From the NCBI GenBank assembly GCA_963667255.1, contig OY762940.1:1280001-1344000 (forward strand): DNA of 64,000 bases. Reading direction: 5' to 3'. The notes beneath the pieces are model-generated. The model was not told the DNA's origin. It saw nothing but the letters and a program-made list of their open reading frames with translations, and made no database searches. Positions within the stretch are counted from its first letter, which is position 1. Each line of letters begins with the position of its first letter. The position numbers were made by a program, and so were the translations under genes. Shown here one piece after another: positions 9,751 through 19,434 of this stretch. This stretch comes from Candidatus Cloacimonadota bacterium. GTDB taxonomy: Bacteria; Cloacimonadota; Cloacimonadia; G963667145.

Positions 9751-11081
9751 TAAAACCATCAACAGTCCCTGGAACTATGGAGCTACTCCCCGCTCAACAA
9801 TTGGCTTTTGATAAGATGATAGACACAATAAAAAAATGCTACCAAAATTCCGGCTATACACCTCTGGAAACTCCACTGATGGAAAAATCGGAAATCTTGC
9901 TCACAAAAAGTGGTGGCGAGACCGAGAAACAAATTTACTTTGCCGTTCCCACAGGCTCTCTCGGAGAGACTGAACAATTGCCTAAATACGCTCTCAGATT
10001 TGACCTCACTGTTCCTCTTGCCCGTTTTGTCGCTCAGCACGAAAACGATTTGTCGTTCCCCTTCAAAAGATACCAAATCCAGAGGGTTTACCGTGGCGAG
10101 TCCGCACAAAAGGGTCGCTACAGGGAGTTCTATCAATGCGATGTGGACATCATCGGCAAAGACAACCTCTCCATCGCCTACGATGCGGAATTAATCGCTC
10201 TCATCTACAGAGTTTTCACCGCCTTGCAGATTGGCAAATTTACCATCCAAATCAACAGCCGCAAACTATTCAAGGGTTTATTCCAATCACTTGACATTGA
10301 TGAAGAAACCACAAAATTAGTGATGAGAGAGATAGATAAATTGGAGAAAATCGGCGAAGAGAAAGTAAAAACTTCTCTACAAACTTGGCTCTCTTCGGAG
10401 CAAACCGAAAAGATTTTCGCATTTCTCAACATCAAAAACTCTACAAATCCTCTTCAGGAATTGGAAAAATTTGCCCCTAACAACCAAATTTTTGCCGAGG
10501 GGAAGCAAGAGTTAGAGAAAATTTGGGAAATATTGAAATATTACGAATTAAAAAGCGACTTCTTCCAGTTCAACCCCTGCATCGCCAGAGGGCTGGACTA
10601 CTACACATCTACAGTGATAGAGACCTCGCTGGACGAACACCCGCAAATCGGAAGCATCTGCTCGGGCGGTCGCTACGAAAACTTGGCTACGCACTACACC
10701 AAATCTTCCTTACCCGGCGTTGGTATCTCCATCGGAGCTACCCGACTCTTTTACCAATTGGACGCTCTCGGGCTGATAAATTATCCCGAAAACTCCTCAG
10801 CTTCCGTAATGATAGCTTGTTTGGATGAAAAATATCTCGCTGAATATATCCAAATAAACAAAATCTTACTTGAAAACAACATCTCCAATTTCGTCTATTG
10901 GCAAGCGGACAAACTAAAAAAACAGTTCAAATTTGCTGACAAATCAAAAGTAAAATTCTTGCTTATGATAGGCGAAGAGGAACAAAAAAACGAAGAAATT
11001 ACCGTCAAAAATCTGGAAACAGGCGAACAGAATAATGTTAAATTTGGGGAAATCGCAAAATATCTATTAAATTATTTATAA
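9747..11081 (+). CDS. hisS: Histidine--tRNA ligase
   Basis: LRFDLTVP, GRYREFYQCDVD, RGLDYY, SGGRY. Confidence 0.96.
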   Translation: MIKPSTVPGTMELLPAQQLAFDKMIDTIKKCYQNSGYTPLETPLMEKSEILLTKSGGETEKQIYFAVPTGSLGETEQLPKYALRFDLTVPLARFVAQHENDLSFPFKRYQIQRVYRGESAQKGRYREFYQCDVDIIGKDNLSIAYDAELIALIYRVFTALQIGKFTIQINSRKLFKGLFQSLDIDEETTKLVMREIDKLEKIGEEKVKTSLQTWLSSEQTEKIFAFLNIKNSTNPLQELEKFAPNNQIFAEGKQELEKIWEILKYYELKSDFFQFNPCIARGLDYYTSTVIETSLDEHPQIGSICSGGRYENLATHYTKSSLPGVGISIGATRLFYQLDALGLINYPENSSASVMIACLDEKYLAEYIQINKILLENNISNFVYWQADKLKKQFKFADKSKVKFLLMIGEEEQKNEEITVKNLETGEQNNVKFGEIAKYLLNYL

Positions 11082-11782
11082 AAAATTAGTCCCACAGATA
11101 ACCAAAATGTTTTGTTTTTGAAGGTTTTATTCTCTAATAAAGCACTCTTGGAATTTATAGTTACCTCTTTTAAACCCAAATCATAGCGAAATTCCAAGAA
11201 TAATCTCTCTTTGTATTTCACTCCCACACCAGCAACGACCCCATAATCGTAATTGTCTATTTGCATCAAACTTCCGTGCGAACCATTGCCACTAGTGCTG
11301 TTAGTAATATAGGATGCCGAAAAGAGATACGAGTATTGCGGACCACCAAAAAGATAATAGCTGATATCTTTCAGCCTGTCTGTTCCTACACAAAAAAGCA
11401 ACGGAATTTCTATGTAGCTTAAATTGACTTCGCTATTAATCTCTGTACTTTCTCCCGTATATTCATCATATCCTGCCCTTTCAACACAAAATCCTTTATA
11501 TGCATAAAGACATTCAAGTCGCACTACGGAATATTGGGTAAAAGGCTTCTCAAAAAGAGCTCCGGCGGTAAAAAAAAATTTTGTTTTCTCTTCGGTAACA
11601 GTATATACTAATTTCGAGCTGGAAATTCCTCCTCCACCTATCAGACCGAAGGCAGCATCTGTCCTCTCGTTAAGTCGGACATATTTAGACCCAAAAGGAA
11701 CCGGTATATCTTTTATCTCTCTACCCGGCAACGCTCCGCAAACAAGCAACGCAACCAAGCAGACAAAAAATCTTCTATTCAT
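11072..11782 (-). CDS. Outer-membrane beta-barrel protein (PorT/OMP_b-brl_2-like)
   Basis: Signal peptide, LSYIEIPLL, GPQYSYL, EFRYDLGL. Confidence 0.7.
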   Translation of the reverse strand: MNRRFFVCLVALLVCGALPGREIKDIPVPFGSKYVRLNERTDAAFGLIGGGGISSSKLVYTVTEEKTKFFFTAGALFEKPFTQYSVVRLECLYAYKGFCVERAGYDEYTGESTEINSEVNLSYIEIPLLFCVGTDRLKDISYYLFGGPQYSYLFSASYITNSTSGNGSHGSLMQIDNYDYGVVAGVGVKYKERLFLEFRYDLGLKEVTINSKSALLENKTFKNKTFWLSVGLIFYK

Positions 11783-11956
11783 CTAACCTCAAAATTATTG
11801 TAATGCGAGTTAATCAACTCTACAAAACATCTATGGAACAAACAAGATTTAGATTAAACGGTTGTCCAATCTGTCAAAATATTTTCGCTTAAATTTCTCT
11901 TGTCAATCTGTTCGCTTATTTTTTTTTAACGGGAAATTATCTTACAAGGAGAAAAG

Positions 11957-14900
11957 ATGAACATAGTTGGAAAAAAAGTCGTAAGACTAGACGGGTATGA
12001 AAAAGTAACCGGCAAAGCCATCTATGGGGATGATATACAACTTAAGAATATGCTCTATATGGCTCAAAAGTACACTGACATACCTTGTGGAAAGATTAAA
12101 AAAATCGACATCAGCAAAGCTGAAAAACTGGAGGGAGTAGTTAAAATCGCTCTGCATAAAGATGTCATTGGGCAGGACAAAATAGGTCCCATTCGTCAAG
12201 ATCAATTCGTAATTTGTAAGGACAAAGTTTATTACTCTGGAGATGTGGTAGCCATCGTCAGTGCTATCAGCAAAAATATTGCCAACCTCGCTGCCAATAT
12301 GATAGAGGTAGAGTATGAAGCTGGAAAAGGCGTATTTGACATCACAGAATCAGCAAAAGATGAAACACTGGTAAGACCAGAATATGAAACAAATGTCGTG
12401 GTGCATTATCCGCTCCGCAAAGGAGATGTGGAAAAGGGCTTCGCTGAATGCGACCAAGTGATAGAAAGAGAATACAAAACAGGATTTCACGAACACGGCT
12501 ACATAGAGACAGAGAGTTTGGTGGCTGTGCCCGACCCGACATGCAAGGGCGTGAAAGTTTACGGCTCGGTGCAAAACCCACACACAACCAGACGCGAAGT
12601 TGCAAAATTTTTGGGTTTGAGGCTAAACCAAGTTGATGTTCGCTGTTCTAATCTCGGTGGCTCTTTCGGTGGAAAAGACGACACTGTAAACGCAGTAGCT
12701 TGTAGAGTAAGCATGCTCGCTATGCTTACCGGCAAGCCACACAAGATTAGCCTATCTCGCGAAGAGTCGATGAAAGAGAGCTATAAGCGACATCCGTATC
12801 TGATGAAATACAAAGTCGGCTTCAACAACGATGGCAAAATTAAATCAATGAAGGTCGATATTTTGGCAGACTCCGGTGCTTATTCGGCACAGAGTTTCTT
12901 CGTAACTTGGCGTTCCGTGGTGCAAGCCACGGGTCCATACGAGATTGACAATGTCAGCACAGACATCAGAGCGGTTTACACAAACAACACCTACACCGCT
13001 GCTTATCGTGGTTTTGGCTCTCCGCAAATCATTTTCGCTCAAGAATCTCTGATGGATGAAATCGGCGAACTCTGCGGACTCTCTCCACTGGAAATCAGAG
13101 CCAAAAACGGATACTCTCAAGGCTCAGTTACCGCTTCTGGACAAATCTTGGATTCACACAAAGTCTCTTTGAGCGAAGTGATAAAGAAAGCCACCGACGA
13201 CATAAAATATTCGGAAAAAATCGCCAAATACAAAAAGTTTAACGCAGAAAACGACAGATACAAAAAAGGCGTGGGTCTTGCTTGTTCGTTCAGAGGCTGT
13301 GCTCTCGGTGCCGAAGGAACGGATGCCACATCAGCCATTGTTTCCGTGCAACAAGACGGCTCAGGCTATGTCTGGACTGGTCTGAACGAAAACGGACAAG
13401 GTTTGAGAACGACTTTCGCCCAAGTCGCCACAGAGTGTCTGGGAATGAAATACGAAGATATGCACTTCCTCGAACCATCGACTGCAGCCATAAATGATGG
13501 AGGTCCAACAGTTGCCTCTCGTGGCACTATTATGGGCGGAAACGCTGTTTTGAACGCAGCGAATAAAATTAAACAAAGAATTTTCGATGCCAATAAAGAC
13601 AAACTCGGAGTTGACTCTCTCGATGACACCACATGGGGAAATGGCGAAATAATCGGCAAAAACAAAATCAGCTTCAAAGATGCTTGCACCACCGCATATT
13701 TTGCCGGATACAACCTCAGTGCTTACGGTTGGTTCAAAGCTCCCGAGGTTTCTTGGGAAGAAGAGACCGGACAAGGCAACGCTTATTTTACCTATGTTTA
13801 CGGCTGTCAAGTTGCGGACATCACTGTGGACACGCACACGGGGAAAATCACGGTAAATAAAATATCCGCCGCTCACGATGTCGGCAAGGCTATCAACCAC
13901 TTGGGCTTGGAAGGTCAAATTTACGGTGGTGTTACCCAAGGTATGGGTTACGGCGTTTTGGAGCATTACAATATTCAAAACGGTGTCGTGAAATCCAAAA
14001 ACTTTGACGAATACATCATTCCAACCATCAAAGACATCAAAGAGATTTCGCCTATCATCGTGGAAAATCCCGATGCTATCGGTCCTTACGGCGGTAAAAG
14101 CATCGGCGAACCAACTCTGGAACTCGGTGCTGCCTGCATCGCCAACGCTCTGAATAACGCCACCAAAAAACGCAGCTACGAGATTCCGTTGACATTGGAA
14201 AAAGTTTATCTCGGCAAACAATTAGTAAAACCGGAAAGAGCCAGTGAGGCTCACAAAGGCAGCAAAGATGTGAAAGATATCATCTCTAATGTTACTATGC
14301 TGAACCCGAAGAGTTTGAGCGAAGCCTGCCAAATGCTGACAAGCAATAAAAATTCCCAGTTGATTGCTGGTGGAACGGATGTGGTAATAGAACTTCGCTG
14401 TAAGCAATCCCCCACTACTTTGGTAAACATCGACCAATTGCCTGAATTAAAGGGAATCGCAGAGAATGGAAAAACTGTTGTCATCGGAGCTAACCAAAAA
14501 ATAAACGAAGTGAAAGAAAACAGCATTGTGCAAAAGCACTTCCCCGCATTGGTTGAGGCTATCTCCACGATTGGTGCCAAACAAACGAGAATGAGAGGCT
14601 CTCTTGCCGGCAATATTGCCAACGCATCTCCATCTGCAGATAGTTTGCCTCCGCTTGTCGCCTATGGTGCCAAGGTTTTGCTTGTTAGCCAAAACGGAGA
14701 AAGAACTGTTGATGTCGATAAATTTATTGTTGGCGGATACAAGACAGATATCAAAGAAGGCGAAATCATCAAAAGCATCATCTTGCCTATCCCAGAGAAA
14801 AACTACGAATACTCTTACTTCCAACTCGGCAGAAGAGGTGCTGTCAACATTACCAGACTCTCTCTCCTGACTATGTGTGCCAAAAACAGCTCCGGCATTT

Positions 14901-15127
14901 TGGAGAGCGTAATCATCAGTTGTGGAGCTTTGTTCGTTAAGCCGTGTCGCCTGCAAAAAATCGAAGAACTTCTTATCAACCAAAAACTGGATAGTGCTCT
15001 GATAGACAAAGCAGAAAATCTCTTGGCGGATTTGATAGAAGAACAAATCGGCGGCAGATGGTCAAGCGAATACAAAAAGCCTGTTTTCATCAATCTGTTC
15101 AAAGATAGTTTGGAAAAATTTATTTAA
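11957..15127 (+). CDS. Xanthine dehydrogenase-family molybdopterin subunit fused to a C-terminal FAD-binding domain
   Basis: KVTGKAIY, GGSFGGK, AYRGFGSPQ and SIGEP in about the first 750 aa; AGGTD and GSLAGNIANASPSAD in about the last 280 aa. Confidence 0.9.
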   Translation: MNIVGKKVVRLDGYEKVTGKAIYGDDIQLKNMLYMAQKYTDIPCGKIKKIDISKAEKLEGVVKIALHKDVIGQDKIGPIRQDQFVICKDKVYYSGDVVAIVSAISKNIANLAANMIEVEYEAGKGVFDITESAKDETLVRPEYETNVVVHYPLRKGDVEKGFAECDQVIEREYKTGFHEHGYIETESLVAVPDPTCKGVKVYGSVQNPHTTRREVAKFLGLRLNQVDVRCSNLGGSFGGKDDTVNAVACRVSMLAMLTGKPHKISLSREESMKESYKRHPYLMKYKVGFNNDGKIKSMKVDILADSGAYSAQSFFVTWRSVVQATGPYEIDNVSTDIRAVYTNNTYTAAYRGFGSPQIIFAQESLMDEIGELCGLSPLEIRAKNGYSQGSVTASGQILDSHKVSLSEVIKKATDDIKYSEKIAKYKKFNAENDRYKKGVGLACSFRGCALGAEGTDATSAIVSVQQDGSGYVWTGLNENGQGLRTTFAQVATECLGMKYEDMHFLEPSTAAINDGGPTVASRGTIMGGNAVLNAANKIKQRIFDANKDKLGVDSLDDTTWGNGEIIGKNKISFKDACTTAYFAGYNLSAYGWFKAPEVSWEEETGQGNAYFTYVYGCQVADITVDTHTGKITVNKISAAHDVGKAINHLGLEGQIYGGVTQGMGYGVLEHYNIQNGVVKSKNFDEYIIPTIKDIKEISPIIVENPDAIGPYGGKSIGEPTLELGAACIANALNNATKKRSYEIPLTLEKVYLGKQLVKPERASEAHKGSKDVKDIISNVTMLNPKSLSEACQMLTSNKNSQLIAGGTDVVIELRCKQSPTTLVNIDQLPELKGIAENGKTVVIGANQKINEVKENSIVQKHFPALVEAISTIGAKQTRMRGSLAGNIANASPSADSLPPLVAYGAKVLLVSQNGERTVDVDKFIVGGYKTDIKEGEIIKSIILPIPEKNYEYSYFQLGRRGAVNITRLSLLTMCAKNSSGILESVIISCGALFVKPCRLQKIEELLINQKLDSALIDKAENLLADLIEEQIGGRWSSEYKKPVFINLFKDSLEKFI

Positions 15128-15141
15128 TTTAGAGGTTCAAA

Positions 15142-15597
15142 ATGATAATTAATTTTACAGTTAACAATACAAAATACACACTTGATGTCGATGAGTCCAA
15201 AAGGCTTTTGGATGTTTTGCGTGAAGATTTGGGACTGACTGGCACCAAAGAAGGCTGTGCTGTCGGCGAATGCGGAGCTTGCACTGTGATAATGGACGGA
15301 GATGCCGTTCACTCTTGCCTGATAATGGCTGGACAATTGGAAGGAAGGAACATAGAGACCGTGGAAAATTTGGAGCAAAACGCAACTCTTAGCAAATTGC
15401 AAGAAAGTTTCCTTAAGCACGGTGCTGTGCAATGCGGATTCTGCACTCCGGGGATGCTGATGAGTGCCAAAGCTCTTCTGGACAAAGTGCCCAATCCTAC
15501 ACTCGCTCAAATAGAAGAAGCACTTGAGGGCAACGCTTGCCGTTGCACTGGTTACAAGCCGATTGTTGATGCCATACAAAATGTAGGCAAAGTCTAA
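15142..15597 (+). CDS. 2x[2Fe-2S] subunit of the molybdenum hydroxylase
   Basis: GCAVGECGACTV, QCGFCTPG, NACRCTGY. Confidence 0.94.
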   Translation: MIINFTVNNTKYTLDVDESKRLLDVLREDLGLTGTKEGCAVGECGACTVIMDGDAVHSCLIMAGQLEGRNIETVENLEQNATLSKLQESFLKHGAVQCGFCTPGMLMSAKALLDKVPNPTLAQIEEALEGNACRCTGYKPIVDAIQNVGKV

Positions 15598-15606
15598 GAG
15601 GAAATT

Positions 15607-16110
15607 ATGTTATTGGAATGTTTCAAGCAAAGATACAGCTGCAGAGCGTATAAAGATAAGCCGATTGAGGAAGAAAAATTAGCAAGCATAATCGAAGCAG
15701 CCGAATTGTCTCCATCTGCCAAAAATATTCAGCCTTGGAAACTGGTTATTATTCAGGATAAGCAAAAATTAAAGAAACTCACCGGTGTTTGCAAACAAGA
15801 TTTTCCGGCAAAATCTCCCTTAGTTATCGCTGTTTGTTGCAACAACTTGGAGCATATCATGGCTTGCGGACATCCGTCCTCTTTGGCTGACGGCTTCGGG
15901 ATGACTATGAGTATCCTCTTGCAAGCTTCAGCCGAAGGTCTCGGCTCATGCTGGCTTGGTGCCTTTAACCAAGAAAAAATTGCCGAACTGATAAGCCTGC
16001 CAAAAGAGTATTCTGTTTTATCCTTGATAACCATAGGGTATCCAGACGACAAGCAGGAAGAGCGAATAAGAAAATCAACGGAAGAGATTGTCGTTTACGA
16101 CAATTTCTAA
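15607..16110 (+). CDS. Nitroreductase family protein
   Basis: RYSCRAY, SPSAKNIQPW, GLGSCWLG, IGYP. Confidence 0.9.
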   Translation: MLLECFKQRYSCRAYKDKPIEEEKLASIIEAAELSPSAKNIQPWKLVIIQDKQKLKKLTGVCKQDFPAKSPLVIAVCCNNLEHIMACGHPSSLADGFGMTMSILLQASAEGLGSCWLGAFNQEKIAELISLPKEYSVLSLITIGYPDDKQEERIRKSTEEIVVYDNF

Positions 16111-16125
16111 CCATTTTAACAACTG

Positions 16126-16155
16126 CAAGGTGACCTAAATTGGTCACCTTGTTTT
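16126..16155 (+). terminator. Intrinsic terminator after nitroreductase
   Basis: CAAGGTGACC / GGTCACCTTG perfect stem plus TTTT. Confidence 0.8.
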
Positions 16156-16171
16156 GACTTTCCCGACACTA

Positions 16172-17185
16172 ATGGAAAAATTTATTTTTAAACATATAAA
16201 CCCCGTAAAACTAAACCTGTTTTTTGATAGCCTCAAATCTTCTTTGGGCGTCTTAATCTCGCTATGCATCTCTCTTTGGCTGACCAGCGACTACCAATAC
16301 CACATTTTCTCCTTCATCTTTTCCTCGCAATTGGTCTATGCCAAAACAGGCATCAGCTTGAAAAAAAGAGCTTCCTACACACTCTTTTGGGCAAGTTGCT
16401 TAGGGATTTTTCTCGCCACAATTCCGCTATTTACAGCATTTATCTACTTCAAATCAGCTCTACTCGTCCTCATAATTTACCTCGCTTTTTACCTAAAAGA
16501 TAAATCTCAACTCTTTGACAACAACCTTACAAATCAGTTTTTACTAAATCTTTGTGTGTATTTTTTCCTGTTATCTCCCGGGAAAGCCGATTTCCACTAT
16601 TTGTTCCTCTCTCTAATCTCTGGAATTATCTCTATTTCCACTGACATACTCATCCTAAAAAGTAAAAATCTTCGTAACATAAAATACTTGTTTCTTCGAG
16701 TTTTCCTCAGAATCCCTGTTTCTCTAAAAAAAATAGTCAAATCCACCGATAAGAACAATAACAAGCAAAATAAAGAGGATTTCTTCTACTACATCGAGAT
16801 CATCACAGAAATAGAAAATTTGGAAGAAACTCTGAAAGCCGATACCAAACAAAAGAAATTCTATACGAAACTTATTTTCTTCACCGCTACTGCTTTCAGA
16901 GCTTTAAAAATTATTGAGTTTAATTTCAGCGATTGTTTGCCAGAATTTAAGAAAAACATCAAATCCACTATCGACCCTTTCGCTTTAGCTTATAAAAATT
17001 TGGCATATAAAATTTTCTCCAAAAAAATAGAAATAAATCATCAGGAACTAAATTCCCGTTGTCTCGAGCTAAAAAATTTTTACCTGACAACTCCAAATCA
17101 ACACCAATGCAAGATATTGGTCAGCTTGGAAAGACTGGCAAGTTTAGCCAAAGAAATAGACGATTGTATCACCTATGAGAACTAA
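16172..17185 (+). CDS. Membrane protein resembling the N-terminal half of FUSC/YccS-type exporters
   Basis: About 5 TM segments then a helical soluble region; overlaps the FUSC gene. ATG 16172 preferred to TTG 16154. Confidence 0.5.
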   Translation: MEKFIFKHINPVKLNLFFDSLKSSLGVLISLCISLWLTSDYQYHIFSFIFSSQLVYAKTGISLKKRASYTLFWASCLGIFLATIPLFTAFIYFKSALLVLIIYLAFYLKDKSQLFDNNLTNQFLLNLCVYFFLLSPGKADFHYLFLSLISGIISISTDILILKSKNLRNIKYLFLRVFLRIPVSLKKIVKSTDKNNNKQNKEDFFYYIEIITEIENLEETLKADTKQKKFYTKLIFFTATAFRALKIIEFNFSDCLPEFKKNIKSTIDPFALAYKNLAYKIFSKKIEINHQELNSRCLELKNFYLTTPNQHQCKILVSLERLASLAKEIDDCITYEN

Positions 17186-18134
17186 CAAACGCCTCGCCCT
17201 GCAAATTTCCCTTTCCTCTGCTATCGCCATTGTCGTTACATTGCTACTGGATATCCAAAAACCGTATTGGACTCTTTTGACCATTTTGTTGCTTATTTGC
17301 CCTCGCTACGAGCAAACTCTTCACAAAAGTTTCTTAAGAATTTTGTCCACAATTTTGGGAGCTACAGTCGGCGGAATTATCATTTGGATTAGCGACTCTC
17401 CGTTGATGTATCTCTCTTTGGCGGGAATAAGCGGATATTTTACCATCTATTATGGTAGAATCTCTTACTTCAAAACAATATTTTTTGCCTCTGTTATGGT
17501 AATTGCCTTAGCTGGAATCTTGAGCCCTTGGTCTTGGACAATCGTTGTGTCCAGAATTTTTCAAACAGGACTTGGTGCCATCATCGCTTTGGCAGTGAGC
17601 ATGATAGTTTCCCCTCGCAAAAATTACGACGAATATTTGGACACTGTAAAAGATATCTTAACCCAAGAGTTGCTATTTTACAAACAAGGAAGCAATATCT
17701 TCTTCTCATACGAATTGTATTGGAAAACTCTGAAAAAAATACGCAGCAATTTGTCCGAACTCCGAAAAAACGAAATGGAGATGCGTTTCAAAGACAGACT
17801 GTTTTTCAAAAAAAATCCCCGCATTTACACTTCAAAGATTTTGTATAGAAATCTAATTCTTATAGCGGATATCTTTTTTGTGCTGAACAAATTAAAAGTA
17901 GAGAACAGAGACTACAAACCCTATTTGAATCTTTTTAGACACTTAGTTCTTCCTGATTTTATGGAAATAAATTCGGCTTTAAACTTGGATATCCAGTTTA
18001 AAATCCCTGGCGAATTGGAATTTTTTGAAGAAACCGATGCAGAATATGTAAGCATTGTTCACTTCTCCAAGCGACTTCTTGCCAATTTGAAAGAAACATA
18101 CTCAATCATTCCCAAAACCAAAAATGAATCTTAG
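17175..18134 (+). CDS. FUSC family (aromatic acid exporter) membrane protein
   Basis: KPYWTLLT, RILSTILGA, RIFQTGLG motifs. Confidence 0.78.
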   Translation: MRTNKRLALQISLSSAIAIVVTLLLDIQKPYWTLLTILLLICPRYEQTLHKSFLRILSTILGATVGGIIIWISDSPLMYLSLAGISGYFTIYYGRISYFKTIFFASVMVIALAGILSPWSWTIVVSRIFQTGLGAIIALAVSMIVSPRKNYDEYLDTVKDILTQELLFYKQGSNIFFSYELYWKTLKKIRSNLSELRKNEMEMRFKDRLFFKKNPRIYTSKILYRNLILIADIFFVLNKLKVENRDYKPYLNLFRHLVLPDFMEINSALNLDIQFKIPGELEFFEETDAEYVSIVHFSKRLLANLKETYSIIPKTKNES

Positions 18135-18495
18135 AGAAAAATTGCAAAAATTCTTTAGATGCCAACAATGCGGAGCTTGTTGCAAAAGAGAAGGCGGAAT
18201 TGTGTATATCTCGATGGAAGAAGCGGAAAAGATAGCATCGCTTTTGCAGAAACCGCTTTTTGTGTTTTTACAGGAAAATTGCAAAAAGCAAAGAGGCTGG
18301 CTCGTCATAAGCGATAGCAAATTCAACCCGAATTGCTATTTGGATAGTAAAAACAGATGTCAAATTTACTCTTGCCGTCCCAAATTTTGCAAACAATATC
18401 CATTTGTTCCGGAAATCTTGAAAGACGACAGCTCCATAAAAGAGGAAGCAAATCTCTGTCCAGCCATTTTTGAAGCGATAAATCATCCCCTGTAA
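18124..18495 (+). CDS. YkgJ family cysteine-cluster protein
   Basis: FRCQQCGACC...CYL...CQIYSCRPKFCKQYPF...CP. Confidence 0.88.
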   Translation: MNLREKLQKFFRCQQCGACCKREGGIVYISMEEAEKIASLLQKPLFVFLQENCKKQRGWLVISDSKFNPNCYLDSKNRCQIYSCRPKFCKQYPFVPEILKDDSSIKEEANLCPAIFEAINHPL

Positions 18496-18548
18496 TTCAA
18501 TTAAACATAATCTGTTGACCAAAAATCCAACCCGAAAAAAATAGCCGT

Positions 18549-19424
18549 ATGAAAATTTCCAATAATCAAAGTTTACTCGGTGGAATAGAGTCCTTCTCCG
18601 CCTATATTATTTGGGGAACATCCCCGCTATTTTGGATACTATTGTCCAATGTCAGCCCGTGGATTATCATCGGGAACAGAATCGTGTGGTCGTGCGTAAT
18701 GATGTTTGTCATCGTTTTAATCTACAAGCAAGCACCTCAAATCAAAGATATTTTTCGTAACAAAAAAGATTTCTCTACTCTGTTCTTCTGTGGCTGGCTG
18801 ATTTTCCTCAATTGGAGCATCTATATCTGGGCAATCTGCAACGAAAAGGTCATAGATGCATCTATCGGCTACTATATCAATCCGCTTATGGTGATTTTCT
18901 TTAGCAAAATATTTTTGAAAGAAAAGTTCGATAAACTCAAAATCGTCTCAATTATAATAGCCGCAACAGGCATAGGAATTATGATTTTCAGGTTCGGCAC
19001 TATCCCCTTCGTCTCTCTCGGACTTTGCACCACCTTTGCTGTATACGGACTGATAAAGAAGAAAATAAAACACTCTCCCGTGCAAACTATGTTTATCGAA
19101 AATCTCGTGGTTTTCCCCTTTGCCCTCGCCTTTTTGTTTATTTCACCGGAAAGCTACTCCATCAACTTATATGGCTACATCCTTCTGATTTGCGGAGGAA
19201 TAATCACCGGAGTGCCTCTCTTGCTCTTCGCCTCTGGGATAAAAAAAATTAAACTCTCGACCCAAGGATATATTCAATTCTTGGCACCAACAATAACTTT
19301 TTTCTTGAGCAAGTTTATCTTCAAAGAAAACATCAATCAAGCACAAATTATGGCACTATTTTTCATTTGGATAGCTTGTGGCATTTTTGTGATTTCGCTA
19401 TTTACCCAAAAAAAAAGCGTATAA
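18549..19424 (+). CDS. rarD: EamA family transporter RarD
   Basis: AYIIWG, RIVWS, NWSIYIWA, ASIGYYINPL. Confidence 0.88.
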   Translation: MKISNNQSLLGGIESFSAYIIWGTSPLFWILLSNVSPWIIIGNRIVWSCVMMFVIVLIYKQAPQIKDIFRNKKDFSTLFFCGWLIFLNWSIYIWAICNEKVIDASIGYYINPLMVIFFSKIFLKEKFDKLKIVSIIIAATGIGIMIFRFGTIPFVSLGLCTTFAVYGLIKKKIKHSPVQTMFIENLVVFPFALAFLFISPESYSINLYGYILLICGGIITGVPLLLFASGIKKIKLSTQGYIQFLAPTITFFLSKFIFKENINQAQIMALFFIWIACGIFVISLFTQKKSV

Positions 19425-19434
19425 AAAGGACATT

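Noticed and set aside
11861..11912. Direct repeat TTGTC(C)AATCTGT in the divergent OMP/xdh gap
   Set aside because: Only two short imperfect copies overlapping -35-like elements; insufficient to call an operator.
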